DNA of 64,000 nt. It comes from Candidatus Atabeyarchaeum deiterrae. Its GTDB lineage: Archaea > Asgardarchaeota > Atabeyarchaeia > Atabeyarchaeales > Atabeyarchaeaceae. This document shows, in pieces, positions 1 through 9,818 of this stretch. Every line of letters starts with the position of its first letter. Within the stretch, counting starts at the first letter, position 1. The position numbers were made by a program, and so were the translations under genes. The stretch spans positions 160,001 through 224,000 of the forward strand of contig CP147780.1 in assembly GCA_037310415.1 (NCBI GenBank). The letters run 5' to 3'. The notes under the pieces are model-generated. The model ran no database searches, had not been told where the DNA came from, and saw only the letters and a program-made list of their open reading frames with translations.

Positions 1-570
1 TGGATCTCTCATTGCATAAAGTTCGCCTTTGTTGTTAAGGAGAACCATTGAGTATGATCCATCGAGGATATTCATGCTTTCTTTGAGCGCTTCAATGTAG
101 CTGGCAGTCTGTTTTGTATTTGAAGCAATCAATCGAGCGAGAACTTCCGTATCTGTGTCTGTTGCGAAGGTTTCACCCTTCGCCTTGAGTGATTCTCTGA
201 TTTGCAGGTAGTTGGTTATCGTTCCATTGAATGCCAACGCAAAGTTGGCGTTGGGAGACTTCAGAAAGAAGGGTTGAGCATTAGCGATATTGCTTTCTGA
301 CGTGGTACTATATCTAACATGACCTATTGACACATTGCCAGATAATGCGTTGAGTATGCTCTTATTGAATACCTGTGTGACCAAACCCATACCCTTATGA
401 CCCGTCAACTGACCTTGTGAACCATCTTTGAATATGTATATGCCAGCGCTTTCCTGACCGCGGTGCTGCAGAGATACGAGTCCATTATAGGTGTGGTGGG
501 GAACTTCTTCAGGATACTTCCTAGAGTAGATGCCGAATACCCCACAAGATTCTCTTAGACCGCCACTCAC
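1..570 (-). CDS. purF: Amidophosphoribosyltransferase, N-terminal part (runs off the left edge)
   Basis: Not in the ORF track. Manual translation from GTG at 570 gives MSGGLRESCGVFG...LQHRGQESAG...GHVRYSTTS, the class II GATase motifs of PurF; directly downstream of purL. Confidence 0.95.
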   Translation of the reverse strand, partial: MSGGLRESCGVFGIYSRKYPEEVPHHTYNGLVSLQHRGQESAGIYIFKDGSQGQLTGHKGMGLVTQVFNKSILNALSGNVSIGHVRYSTTSESNIANAQPFFLKSPNANFALAFNGTITNYLQIRESLKAKGETFATDTDTEVLARLIASNTKQTASYIEALKESMNILDGSYSMVLLNNKGELYAMRDP

Positions 571-574
571 CCTT

Positions 575-2800
575 CTAGCAACCTCCCATGGATCTCGGTA
601 TGGAGTCAGACCATGCTTTGCGCATGATTTCGACAGCGCTATTCAGCACCCTTTTACCGCCTTCTAACATCGCCAATTCTCCCGTATCGGTCACTCTTCC
701 AATCTCAGCCACTTTCGCTCCAATTCTAGATGCCAAAGAAAGGAACTCATCAAGATTCTTTCTTGAGACAGTCATTATGAACCTTGAGTTACTTTCAGAG
801 AATAGCAGCTCATCGATCCTCATTCTATCCCTCGGAATATGTGCCAAGTCTATCTCAGCACCCAATCCACTCAGGATGCACATTTCAGCAATTGCGACAG
901 CTAGTCCGCCGTCAGAACAGTCATGAACGGTCTCAGTGAGACCTCTACTGATTGACTTGTATGCTAATGTGATTGACCGCTTTTCCTCAGATCCGGCGAA
1001 TCTTGGGGGCTGTCCTTCCTGCACATTGTGTATGTAGTTATAGTATTCTGAACCACCTAATTCGCATCTTGTTTTACCCACAATGTAAATTGACTCACCA
1101 TGCTCCTTCCATGGAATGGTAGCCAAGTGATTCATATCTTCGATCAAGCCGAGTACTGCGACAACGGGGCTAGGCTTGATTGCCTTCCCAGTTGTTGAGT
1201 CCTCGTTGTAGAAACTGACTTTCCCACCGATGCATGGCACATCTAGCGCTCTACATGCGTCAGCCATTCCTTTTACTGCTTCTCGGAACTGCCAGAAGAT
1301 GTCAGGTTTTTCGGGGTTTCCAAAGTTGCAGTGATCAACCATTGCTATCGGCTGGGCCCCAACGGCGGCCACGTTGCGACATGCCTCAGCAAGCGCGCTT
1401 GCGCCGCCATGATATGGATCCAAGTAAGTGCGTCTGGAATTGCCATCGACCTTGACAGCAAGCGCCTTGTCGGTCCCGATCAGACGAAGAACTGCGGCGT
1501 CACCATCATTCGGCTTCAGAACAGTTCTGACACCAACTTCAAAATCATATTGCCTAAAGATCCATTCCTTGCTGGCAATGTTCGGTGAAGAAAGAAGTTT
1601 AACCAATGTCTCGGAAAGATCTGATGGGATTTCTGGTTTCTTGTTTTTTCTTGCTCCTGCAAGGTAGTTCGGCTTCTTTGCTTCTCTTCTAGCAACCGGA
1701 ACTTTGGTGATCATTCTCGCTGGTATGTCTGCAACAACGTTTTCGCCATATCTCACTACGACATTGCCTGTATCAGTCACTCTGCCAATCATGGAGTAAG
1801 GTAGTTCATACTTGTCGAGTATTTCGAGGACTTTGCCTAGTCCGGACGGTTCCACGACCAACAGCATTCTTTCTTGCGATTCTGATAGCATTATTTCATA
1901 CGGAGTCATCCCATTTTCTCTTAGCCGCACCTTTGATATGTCTACATCCATTCCTGTCTCTCCGTCAGATGCCATCTCACAGACGCCACATGTCAAACCT
2001 CCTCCACCCAGATCTTTGAGTCCACGAACAAGATCTGTTTCGATCGCTGCCAATGTTGCTTCAATTATGATGTTCTTAAGAAATGGGTCACCAACCTGCA
2101 CCGCTGGTCTATCAGCATCTGATTCTCCACCCAGAATTCTAGAAGCAAACGTGACTCCATGCAAACCATCACGCCCTGTAGAGCCTCCTGCTAGTACAAC
2201 AATGTCTCTGGGATACTTGGCTCCGCCGGCTATGATTCTTTCGCGCTTGGCTATTCCCACACATCCGACTCCTACCAAGCAATTCATTTCAAATGATGGA
2301 TCAAATTCGATTTCCCCTGTAACTGTCGGAACGCCGACACTATTGCCATAGTCTGCAATACCTTTCACAACGTAGTTAAGAAGCCACCTTGATCTCCCAC
2401 TTGTAAGGTAACCAAAGCGAAGTGGGTCCACAAGGGCTATTGGTCTTGTGCCCATGCTTAGAACGTCTCTAAGAACGCCACCTATTCCCGTTCCTGATCC
2501 ATTGTACGGATCGATGGCGCTCGGATGATTGTGAGATTCGATTTTGAGAGTTGCAGCAAGTCCGTCACCTATGTCAACTACACCTGCATCGTACCCTGGG
2601 CCAATAATCACGCGGGGACCAGTCGTAGGAAGAAGTTTGATTATTGGGCGAGACGACTTGTAGCATATGTGCTCGGAGAACATCGTGTCAAACATGCCCC
2701 ATTCCACTTCATTTGGCTCTCGACCCAATGCGCCCCTAATGAACCTGATTTCCTCCTCAGTTAAGTCAACTTTGACTGGGATTGGGGCAGACACGTTCAC
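575..2800 (-). CDS. purL: Phosphoribosylformylglycinamidine synthase subunit PurL
   Basis: Motifs SEHICYKSS, KIESHNHPS, DLGGGGL, SESQERM, VSFYNE; 741 aa small-type PurL. Confidence 0.97.
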   Translation of the reverse strand: MNVSAPIPVKVDLTEEEIRFIRGALGREPNEVEWGMFDTMFSEHICYKSSRPIIKLLPTTGPRVIIGPGYDAGVVDIGDGLAATLKIESHNHPSAIDPYNGSGTGIGGVLRDVLSMGTRPIALVDPLRFGYLTSGRSRWLLNYVVKGIADYGNSVGVPTVTGEIEFDPSFEMNCLVGVGCVGIAKRERIIAGGAKYPRDIVVLAGGSTGRDGLHGVTFASRILGGESDADRPAVQVGDPFLKNIIIEATLAAIETDLVRGLKDLGGGGLTCGVCEMASDGETGMDVDISKVRLRENGMTPYEIMLSESQERMLLVVEPSGLGKVLEILDKYELPYSMIGRVTDTGNVVVRYGENVVADIPARMITKVPVARREAKKPNYLAGARKNKKPEIPSDLSETLVKLLSSPNIASKEWIFRQYDFEVGVRTVLKPNDGDAAVLRLIGTDKALAVKVDGNSRRTYLDPYHGGASALAEACRNVAAVGAQPIAMVDHCNFGNPEKPDIFWQFREAVKGMADACRALDVPCIGGKVSFYNEDSTTGKAIKPSPVVAVLGLIEDMNHLATIPWKEHGESIYIVGKTRCELGGSEYYNYIHNVQEGQPPRFAGSEEKRSITLAYKSISRGLTETVHDCSDGGLAVAIAEMCILSGLGAEIDLAHIPRDRMRIDELLFSESNSRFIMTVSRKNLDEFLSLASRIGAKVAEIGRVTDTGELAMLEGGKRVLNSAVEIMRKAWSDSIPRSMGGC

Positions 2801-3507
2801 TGTGCACCTCCCGCGTAGTCTATCACCGAACGGAGTATTGACAACCCTCCCTCAGTCTTATCAGGGCTGAGGATTGCTTCAGATGATCTTTCAGGATGAG
2901 GCATTAGACCAGCAACGTTGCCCTCTGAATTGCAGACACCAGCGATATTGTCAAGAGAGCCATTCGGGTTAGACGCCTCAGTAAGCTCCCCTGATGTGTC
3001 AGTGTATCTAAACACGATCTGGTTATTCTTCTTCAACTCATCCAGTGTTTCTTCGTCTGTGAAGTATCTGCCTTCTCCGTGCGCAATCGGTAATGAGAAA
3101 ATGGCTCCCTTCGTCAAGCCTCGCGTGAAAGGCGACTTATTGTTTTCAACACGCAGATGTATCCATTTGCAGACAAAAGTGAGACAGGAATTCCTGAGTA
3201 ATGCGCCAGGAAGGAGACCAGCTTCAACGAGGATTTGAAAACCATTGCATATCCCGAGAACAGGTTTGCCAGCTTCAGCCATCTTCTTAACGTTCTTCAT
3301 AGCAGGGCTATAAGCTGCTATGATTCCAGCACGCAAGTAATCGCCATAAGCAAAACCGCCAGGCAGAACTGCGACATCATAATCATCGTCATCAAACTCT
3401 TTGTGCCAAATCAGTTTGGCATCGACTCTCAAAACGTCCTTGAATACGTGAAGTGTATCGTAACGACAATTTGAACCCGGGAAGTCTATGATAGCAACTT
3501 TGAGCAT
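2797..3507 (-). CDS. purQ: FGAM synthase glutaminase subunit PurQ
   Basis: FPGSNC, PGGFAYGDYLRAG, GICNGFQIL, MPHPER; start set at MLKVAII; overlaps purL start by 4 nt. Confidence 0.96.
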   Translation of the reverse strand: MLKVAIIDFPGSNCRYDTLHVFKDVLRVDAKLIWHKEFDDDDYDVAVLPGGFAYGDYLRAGIIAAYSPAMKNVKKMAEAGKPVLGICNGFQILVEAGLLPGALLRNSCLTFVCKWIHLRVENNKSPFTRGLTKGAIFSLPIAHGEGRYFTDEETLDELKKNNQIVFRYTDTSGELTEASNPNGSLDNIAGVCNSEGNVAGLMPHPERSSEAILSPDKTEGGLSILRSVIDYAGGAQ

Positions 3508-3599
3508 TGATACTCCCCAACGCCTCTTATTGCAGATACACATTCAGAAGCGCTCAAGACAAGGGAATGCATATGCCAACCACCCGCAGATCTTTTCAC

Positions 3600-3860
3600 T
3601 CACACTCCCTTAACAGTTATCGAGTACGTGTGTGCTACAGGGTTGTATATTCTCAGCTCATTGACCATTTTGAAAATAGCTCTCTTCGCCTCCTCCTCAG
3701 ATGAAGCTTCCACTTTGGCCCTGAGAAGTTTGGCTGATCTAATAGATTTGACAATGTCAAATCCGCCCTTGTTCACAAGATCTCTGAGCACAGTCTCTCC
3801 TTCTGGATCCCTCGCAGCAGGCTTGTTCTCAATAGTTATTTCGACAGTGAATAGAGTCAT
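3600..3860 (-). CDS. purS: FGAM synthase subunit PurS
   Basis: DPEG and NPV motifs, 86 aa, GGAGG SD at 3871-3875, upstream of purQ. Confidence 0.93.
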   Translation of the reverse strand: MTLFTVEITIENKPAARDPEGETVLRDLVNKGGFDIVKSIRSAKLLRAKVEASSEEEAKRAIFKMVNELRIYNPVAHTYSITVKGV

Positions 3861-4149
3861 ATTTACTCTGCCTCCTGTAGCTCATGATTGAGTGAAGCGC
3901 GTATCAGCACATTTCTACCTATTCCTCAATCAAGTCAGGCACATCTTGCGGCAAAAGTAAGCACTGGATCGCTCTGTTGCCTCGCCCATCGCATAGGGAC
4001 TTGTAATAGAGTCTGCATGGAGCCGGTCCAATTCAGCATTGATGTTATTGCTAGCCAAGATAGGTCGATTGCCAACTTTGTTGTCCTTTCAGGTGACTAT
4101 AGGTGTGACATGCCCTTTTCCTCAGCAATCATTGAGAAGAAAAACCTTT

Positions 4150-4157
4150 CATATAAG
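4150..4157 (-). promoter_or_regulatory. Candidate TATA box for the pur operon
   Basis: CTTATATG on the minus strand with a purine-rich upstream stretch; best TATA-like element seen between hdrB and purS. Confidence 0.4.
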
Positions 4158-4302
4158 GTATTCTATTCTCTGTGGGCGATATACAAAATCGTGTCCATTT
4201 CGAGCCATTTTTCCGAACTGGGAAACGAAAATAGACGGCAATTTGTATAATACCACTGGGTCCAAGAAGAAACTCAACAATGCTTGCAGTCTACTGAGTT
4301 CT

Positions 4303-5202
4303 TCAGTGACCAAACCTCTGAAGCAACTGGTTGGGCGAGATAGCGTTCTTGGTTAGCCCAAGTTCTTCCTTGCTGAGTCCCATTGTTAACCCAAGCAGTT
4401 GAGTATAGTAGAATACTGGGATGTTGATGTCCTCGGCAAACTGCTTCTTTATGTCAAGTTGACCTCCTTCAAGTTGCATATGACAGAACGGGCAGCAATC
4501 GACTATGCAGTCGGCGCCTGCGGCCTTGATGTTGTTCAGTTTCTCCCGTATCATGTCTATCGCAACTGGCAGATTTGACGAGCGGACACCACCGCCTGCC
4601 CCACAACACATCATCTTGTCTTTGTAGTCCACACTCTTTGCCCCAGTCATTTCCACAAGGTCGTCAAGGAATCTTGGATTCTCAAATACGCCCCATCGCC
4701 TAATGTCACTAGGTTTGACAATGTGACAGCCATAGTGCACTGATGCATGCACTGGAATAGGATTCTCAACGAATTGACTGAGCTTATTAATTCCTATGTC
4801 AACATAAAGTGCCTCGATAAGGTGCTTGACATCGACCGTTCCTCTGTACTCCCTTACCCCAGCTTCTTTGAGTATCTTATTCACCCATTCTCTCGTTGCC
4901 TCATTATGTTTCAAAGTCTCATTGGCTTCTCTCAATGTACCGTAGCAACCATTGCACCCCGTGACTATGTCGCGCCCCATCTCTTCGGCAATTGTTATGT
5001 TTCTGGCGCCTGCAGCCAACCAGAATTTGTTGCTGAAGGATCTAATAGCGCCTGGGGCTGGACAACATGAAGCGCCCTTCATGTCAAGAAGTTCCACTCC
5101 GAGATTCGACATCACATTTCTGATTGATACTTCGATGTTTGGATACCTATCGGGTATCATGCAACCAAGAAATAGTGCGTACGTTGGATTCGAGTCACCC
5201 AT
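4303..5202 (-). CDS. hdrB: CoB-CoM heterodisulfide reductase subunit B-like protein
   Basis: Two CCG domains: FLGC, SCCPAPG, CNGC, HYGCH, MCCGAGGG, CPFCH. Confidence 0.93.
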   Translation of the reverse strand: MGDSNPTYALFLGCMIPDRYPNIEVSIRNVMSNLGVELLDMKGASCCPAPGAIRSFSNKFWLAAGARNITIAEEMGRDIVTGCNGCYGTLREANETLKHNEATREWVNKILKEAGVREYRGTVDVKHLIEALYVDIGINKLSQFVENPIPVHASVHYGCHIVKPSDIRRWGVFENPRFLDDLVEMTGAKSVDYKDKMMCCGAGGGVRSSNLPVAIDMIREKLNNIKAAGADCIVDCCPFCHMQLEGGQLDIKKQFAEDINIPVFYYTQLLGLTMGLSKEELGLTKNAISPNQLLQRFGH

Positions 5203-5209
5203 TCGAGGC

Positions 5210-5758
5210 TCACTTCCATTCGTATCCTACCAGTTTGTCAAAGTTGGTGAGTTTAGCTATTGCTCGAACTTGCTTCAGAGCTTCATCGGAACTAGCTACT
5301 GTAGGGGGTTTCTCAGGTAATCCTAAACTCTTTCTCAGGGCACCCCATTTGGGGTCGTCAATAGGTACGGCGTGACCGTACTCGATGAGTTTGTGAGCAG
5401 TGGCTCTGTGAGCTGGAAGAATATGCCCTGCCTCACATGCCATGTTACGGATTTCGATTATTGCGTTGACTGTCTCAATCTTGCGTGGACAACGTTCATA
5501 ACAAGTGTAACAAGTAGTGCAGAGCCATATATTCGGATCAGCTAGAAGCTCATCTTTAAGCCCTAAAAGAGCCGAACGTATTATCTGTCGGGTTCTGTAG
5601 GCTGTTCTTCTTCCTGAAGGACATGAAGCTGTACAGGTTCCACACTGGATGCATGCCTTGAGATGCTCAGCACCAGCATCTATTATGCGATTGATGAATT
5701 CCTGGTCAACTTGAGATGGCCTGATGGTTTTCCGTTCAATAACGGTATCGGTCGACAT
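5210..5758 (-). CDS. hdrC: Heterodisulfide reductase subunit C
   Basis: CIQCGTCTASCP and CTTCYTCYERCPR [4Fe-4S] motifs, GHAVP; 7 nt upstream of hdrB. Confidence 0.93.
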   Translation of the reverse strand: MSTDTVIERKTIRPSQVDQEFINRIIDAGAEHLKACIQCGTCTASCPSGRRTAYRTRQIIRSALLGLKDELLADPNIWLCTTCYTCYERCPRKIETVNAIIEIRNMACEAGHILPAHRATAHKLIEYGHAVPIDDPKWGALRKSLGLPEKPPTVASSDEALKQVRAIAKLTNFDKLVGYEWK

Positions 5759-5951
5759 TTCTCTCACTCTCCACAATCAGTCACACTAACGTACAGATTC
5801 TCAAATTGTAGGTCGTACAATTTGATGTAACAATCACGTCCTACAGCTAGTCTCACTACTTTGATGGGTGTATATAAACCTTAGTCACTTGATTCTCAGA
5901 GTTGACTCGCTTTTATATCTTCGAGCAGAAGCCAGCGCTGAAAACCTGACT

Positions 5952-6953
5952 CTAGAATCCTCGTTCGAATAGACCAGTGATTGCTTTGAGGTATTGATCC
6001 TTAGCCATGTGGATTTCCGTGCGCATCATGAATTCTTTGACAGCCGGAATCGTTGTAAGGCTGATTCCTCTTCTAGCATCTTTCAAGTACCCCTTGCTCA
6101 CACCTTCTATGACTTCTGATTGTAGAAGTGCATCAATCTGTCCAGGTTCTGACACCCTGATTCCAGGTATCTCCTTGAGGTAGTCTCTGGCGCCCTTCAC
6201 TATTATCTCATTCCATCTCTCTGTTTCCGTTTTCGTTGCCCATTGATAGATCTCCTGACCAACAAGGATCACGTTAGAGTAAGATTGGTGCGTGCTCAGC
6301 ATCTTCGGTCCGTGTTCCTCTGGATAGGACGAGCTTCTACTGCAAGAGACCTTTAGCAAAGTGAAAGCGTCCTTGAATGGCGTAAGAACTGTGTTGGCAA
6401 TAAGCCCACGCTCGTAACTTTGCAGAGAGGCCGGGCGGTCAATCATCGAGAGAGGTATCTCAGCAAAGAGGTCATTGAGAACTAGGGCCGAGTCTCCCTC
6501 ATAATCTTTCCTTGCGCCGTGCAACTTCTCCCAGTCTGCCGGTGAGATCAACATGTTCGTGATCTCACGAGAATCCGCAATATACATTCCTTTCTTAACT
6601 GAGAATTCTATCTGGTACAACCCAGGACCTGTCAATAGTATATAGGGAGGAGCAGCTCCGCCCTTTCCCACTATGTTCGCTGAGCTTACAGCTATTATCA
6701 CGAAGTTTCTACTGACTTCTAGCACAGGATTGCCTTGATAGAAATATGACTGCGGTGACAAGCATGATATTTTACTCCAGTCCTTGATCAAAAGAATCTC
6801 GCTGAGGGCAAACCCCAGCGTTCCTTTTCCAAATACTTCAGTCAGCTCCTTGCTGCGCAGTCTCTCCTGGATTTCTCTTAGCCTTCCTCCCACTATGCCA
6901 CTGAGTATTCTCCCTTTCTCTCCTCTGTCCTCACGTGACATTTCTCGTGACAA
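5952..6953 (-). CDS. Hypothetical protein
   Basis: 333-aa ORF with SD-like upstream AGGAGAG; no motif recognised. Confidence 0.7.
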   Translation of the reverse strand: MSREMSREDRGEKGRILSGIVGGRLREIQERLRSKELTEVFGKGTLGFALSEILLIKDWSKISCLSPQSYFYQGNPVLEVSRNFVIIAVSSANIVGKGGAAPPYILLTGPGLYQIEFSVKKGMYIADSREITNMLISPADWEKLHGARKDYEGDSALVLNDLFAEIPLSMIDRPASLQSYERGLIANTVLTPFKDAFTLLKVSCSRSSSYPEEHGPKMLSTHQSYSNVILVGQEIYQWATKTETERWNEIIVKGARDYLKEIPGIRVSEPGQIDALLQSEVIEGVSKGYLKDARRGISLTTIPAVKEFMMRTEIHMAKDQYLKAITGLFERGF

Positions 6954-7052
6954 CTCTCCTTTCTACTAACAATAAGAGTACTCACCTGTCCCCAATTCTA
7001 CCCACCCAATATCCATCATCCAATGTGATGGAAGAACCTACGATTTATAGGT

Positions 7053-8336
7053 TTAGTATTGTCTGTTTCCAGCCAACGCCTTGCCCAAGAACACAGCCAC
7101 TATTTTTGAGAAAAGGAGGACATCATCCAAATCGACAAACTCATTTGCTGCATGCGTTCCGGATCGAGCACGAGCGACACCCAGCGACATTGTTGGAATT
7201 CCGATCTTGGCGGTATAACATGCGTCGGAACAACCCAGTGAACCTCCAAGGAATGGTGCGACCCCTGTGACTTCGTTATAAGCTTTTGATAACAGTTGAA
7301 TGCCCCAGTTGTTTGGATCTGATTGGTATGACTCATGAAAGTAGCTGTACTCGACTGTCACCAAGAGGTCAGGGTCGCGCTTCTTCAGACTATATATTTG
7401 CTCGATTACTTTCTTGGCTTCCTGCTTGACATCTTCCTCAGGGATAAGCCTTCTGTCAACCAGCATTTCACACCTGTCTGGTACCATGTTCACTTTCAGA
7501 CCTCCTGAGATTACACCTATTGACACGGTTGGTCTGAGACTGGTGACTTCGAAGGATGGATGCGCAGGGATTCTTGACCACACATTTGACAGGCGTTCCG
7601 TGTATTTTGCGAGTGTATTAATCACCTTCCCCATTTTCTCTATCGCATTTACACCCATCCATGGCCTCGAGGAGTGTGCAGCCTTACCGTAAGTTACTAT
7701 CTTGAAGCGCAAACAGCCATTCGAAGCGTATTTGATGCTTTCCATACTGCTGTCGGCAACGAGACAGCAGTCACCTTTTACTAAATGCTCCCTGGCCAGA
7801 TACGAGAGCCCAGTGGCCCCTCCGATTTCCTCGTCTACCGTAACAGCAAACATGACCTTTCCTACTAGATCAGAATCTAGACTTTGTAGCGATTCAAGCG
7901 CGAATACAATCGAAGCGATTGAACCTTTCATATCTGCCGTTCCACGACCGAACATCAGGTTGTTCTTGATCGTTGCTGAGAACGGAGGATATTTCCATCC
8001 GTTCCCAGCAGGCACGACATCAATATGGCCATTCAGCAAAATGCAATGTCCTTGCGAACCCCATTCTCTAGTCGCGATCAGATTGGGTCTCGGACCCCTC
8101 AAAAGATTAGGTTGAATACCATATCTTCTCAACAAGTCTGGGTGGGGCTCGATTACCGTGCAGTCGAAGCCAATTTCCTTCATTTTTCGCTCTATGAAGT
8201 CTATGCATTCTCGGTAATTCTCCCCGGGCGGGACCACTGTCGGTATTTCTACTAAACGTTTCAGGAATGCTACCATTTTCTGCTTTGATTCGTCTATCGC
8301 GCCTTTCAATTTGATGCTACTCAATGGAGCCACCAA
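7053..8336 (-). CDS. M20 family metallo-hydrolase (ArgE/DapE-like)
   Basis: NGHIDVVP, GRGTADMKG, DEEIGG, GKAAHSS, HAANE metal-binding motifs. Confidence 0.9.
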   Translation of the reverse strand: MVAPLSSIKLKGAIDESKQKMVAFLKRLVEIPTVVPPGENYRECIDFIERKMKEIGFDCTVIEPHPDLLRRYGIQPNLLRGPRPNLIATREWGSQGHCILLNGHIDVVPAGNGWKYPPFSATIKNNLMFGRGTADMKGSIASIVFALESLQSLDSDLVGKVMFAVTVDEEIGGATGLSYLAREHLVKGDCCLVADSSMESIKYASNGCLRFKIVTYGKAAHSSRPWMGVNAIEKMGKVINTLAKYTERLSNVWSRIPAHPSFEVTSLRPTVSIGVISGGLKVNMVPDRCEMLVDRRLIPEEDVKQEAKKVIEQIYSLKKRDPDLLVTVEYSYFHESYQSDPNNWGIQLLSKAYNEVTGVAPFLGGSLGCSDACYTAKIGIPTMSLGVARARSGTHAANEFVDLDDVLLFSKIVAVFLGKALAGNRQY

Positions 8337-8403
8337 CTATGGGAAGAGAGTCAACGTTCTGGTCGTTTAGTCAGATTTACCAGGGACGAGGTTGTTCGTT
8401 ACG

Positions 8404-8613
8404 TCACATGGGCGAAGGCTCATCCTCGTCGCCTACGGGTGACGTCACCGGACGGGTGGAAGGCTCTTTCTTCTTGGGTGAAGTCTTAGCTTTCCATACA
8501 TTTTTGCATTTGTGGTTCTCCGGAAGCCTATGGTCTATACAGAAGTCTCCCTCACAGAATTGACACCTAAAAGGTAGATATACTTCCTTGTCACAGAACA
8601 GACATTTCACCAA
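8404..8613 (-). CDS. Stand-alone AN1-type zinc finger protein
   Basis: CLFC...LPFRCQFCEGDFCIDHRLPENHKC; start trimmed to TTG at 8613 behind AGGAG/GAAGGA. Confidence 0.8.
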   Translation of the reverse strand: MVKCLFCDKEVYLPFRCQFCEGDFCIDHRLPENHKCKNVWKAKTSPKKKEPSTRPVTSPVGDEDEPSPM

Positions 8614-8801
8614 TTCCTTCAGTCTCCTAATAGTAGGAATACCAAGATGACAGTTATATTGGGTCTTGCACCCTTTCTTAAATTCTTTGCGAAATAGTTG
8701 GCGAGAGACTAATTCTGTTCGCATAAACGAAAAAGGATAAGTGCTCGGAAATCAAACTATTCTTACTGATCAACTGATCTGAACAACTAAGGTGCACATT
8801 A

Positions 8802-9806
8802 ATGCCTGACGAGTTCATTCCAGCGAGTTCTATGGCGCCAATACCTAATAGCTCATACAGTATAAGAATCGGGAAAATCAAAGATACTTGGGCTATCAGG
8901 GTATTTAGGGGACCGCAAGTTCTTGCAACGCAAATCATTGGCGATCTGGATCCGAGCGTTATTGTTACAGTTGTTCAGTCTTCCATTTCGCTCCCATCAT
9001 ATTCTCCGTATCACATAGTAAGGGCGGTGTCGCCGCTGATAAGGGAGGCGAAGAGTGGCTATACTCAGCCGCCTGAAGTAGCGCCGCTTGCGCAACCAGT
9101 GGTGACTGTTGCTCAACAGAGTGAGAATACGGACAGCGGAACCTCACCTCCCCCGTCTCATTTACCAAGCGGGACAGACGAAGGATCAGAGGTTCAGTAT
9201 CCAGTTGCATCGCATGCACAAGCATCGAGTTCAGCAATAGGTAAACCTCCTTTGCGCGAATTGCGACCTCTGGAGCCATTGGAAACACCACAACCCGTGC
9301 AACATGTTGAGAAATCAAGGATCCAAAAGAGGATCGACTTGAAACCAGTTCAACCTGAGGAAGCAGCTAATCAGATTTACTCGGCGTTGATGTCCAGATT
9401 GGGACTCGTTGTAATGTATATCTCAAGCAACTACGGCGAGAAATCCACTGCAAGACTTTGGCAATACCTGTCAGAAATGGCTGAGCTAAATCAAGGGAAA
9501 AGAAAACGCGAGAGCTTTGAAGAGTTCATCACAAGAAGAGTTCAGGAAGACGTGGTTCTAGGAATCGAACATGAAACAGTTGAATTCTACGAAGACAAGT
9601 TTGCAAGCCGTGTTCAACACTGTGGACCAGTGGAAACCATTGCCGAACTTGAGAAATCGCGTACTTCCGTTCAGCGGGATCTCCCATGCAAGTTGTGCGA
9701 ATCAACCTGGCAAGGTGCCTGCAGAGCCATGGGTTTTCAATTCCAGTACAGAAGAGAGAAAGATGGGTGTACTATCAACGTGGAGAAACTTGAGGGAAGG
9801 AGATGA
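8802..9806 (+). CDS. Hypothetical protein: unknown N-terminal domain, Pro/Ser-rich linker, C-terminal V4R/ATC-hydrolase-like Cys domain
   Basis: C-terminal HCG...PCKLCE...GCTINV pattern; low-complexity linker in the middle. Confidence 0.6.
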   Translation: MPDEFIPASSMAPIPNSSYSIRIGKIKDTWAIRVFRGPQVLATQIIGDLDPSVIVTVVQSSISLPSYSPYHIVRAVSPLIREAKSGYTQPPEVAPLAQPVVTVAQQSENTDSGTSPPPSHLPSGTDEGSEVQYPVASHAQASSSAIGKPPLRELRPLEPLETPQPVQHVEKSRIQKRIDLKPVQPEEAANQIYSALMSRLGLVVMYISSNYGEKSTARLWQYLSEMAELNQGKRKRESFEEFITRRVQEDVVLGIEHETVEFYEDKFASRVQHCGPVETIAELEKSRTSVQRDLPCKLCESTWQGACRAMGFQFQYRREKDGCTINVEKLEGRR

Positions 9807-9818
9807 CTCCAATCCTCA

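Noticed and set aside
4085-4135. AUGA...AAA...UGA on the minus strand downstream of hdrB as a eukaryote-like SECIS
   Set aside because: Helix II pairing is poor, and hdrB/hdrC have no in-frame UGA. No selenoprotein gene was found in the window.
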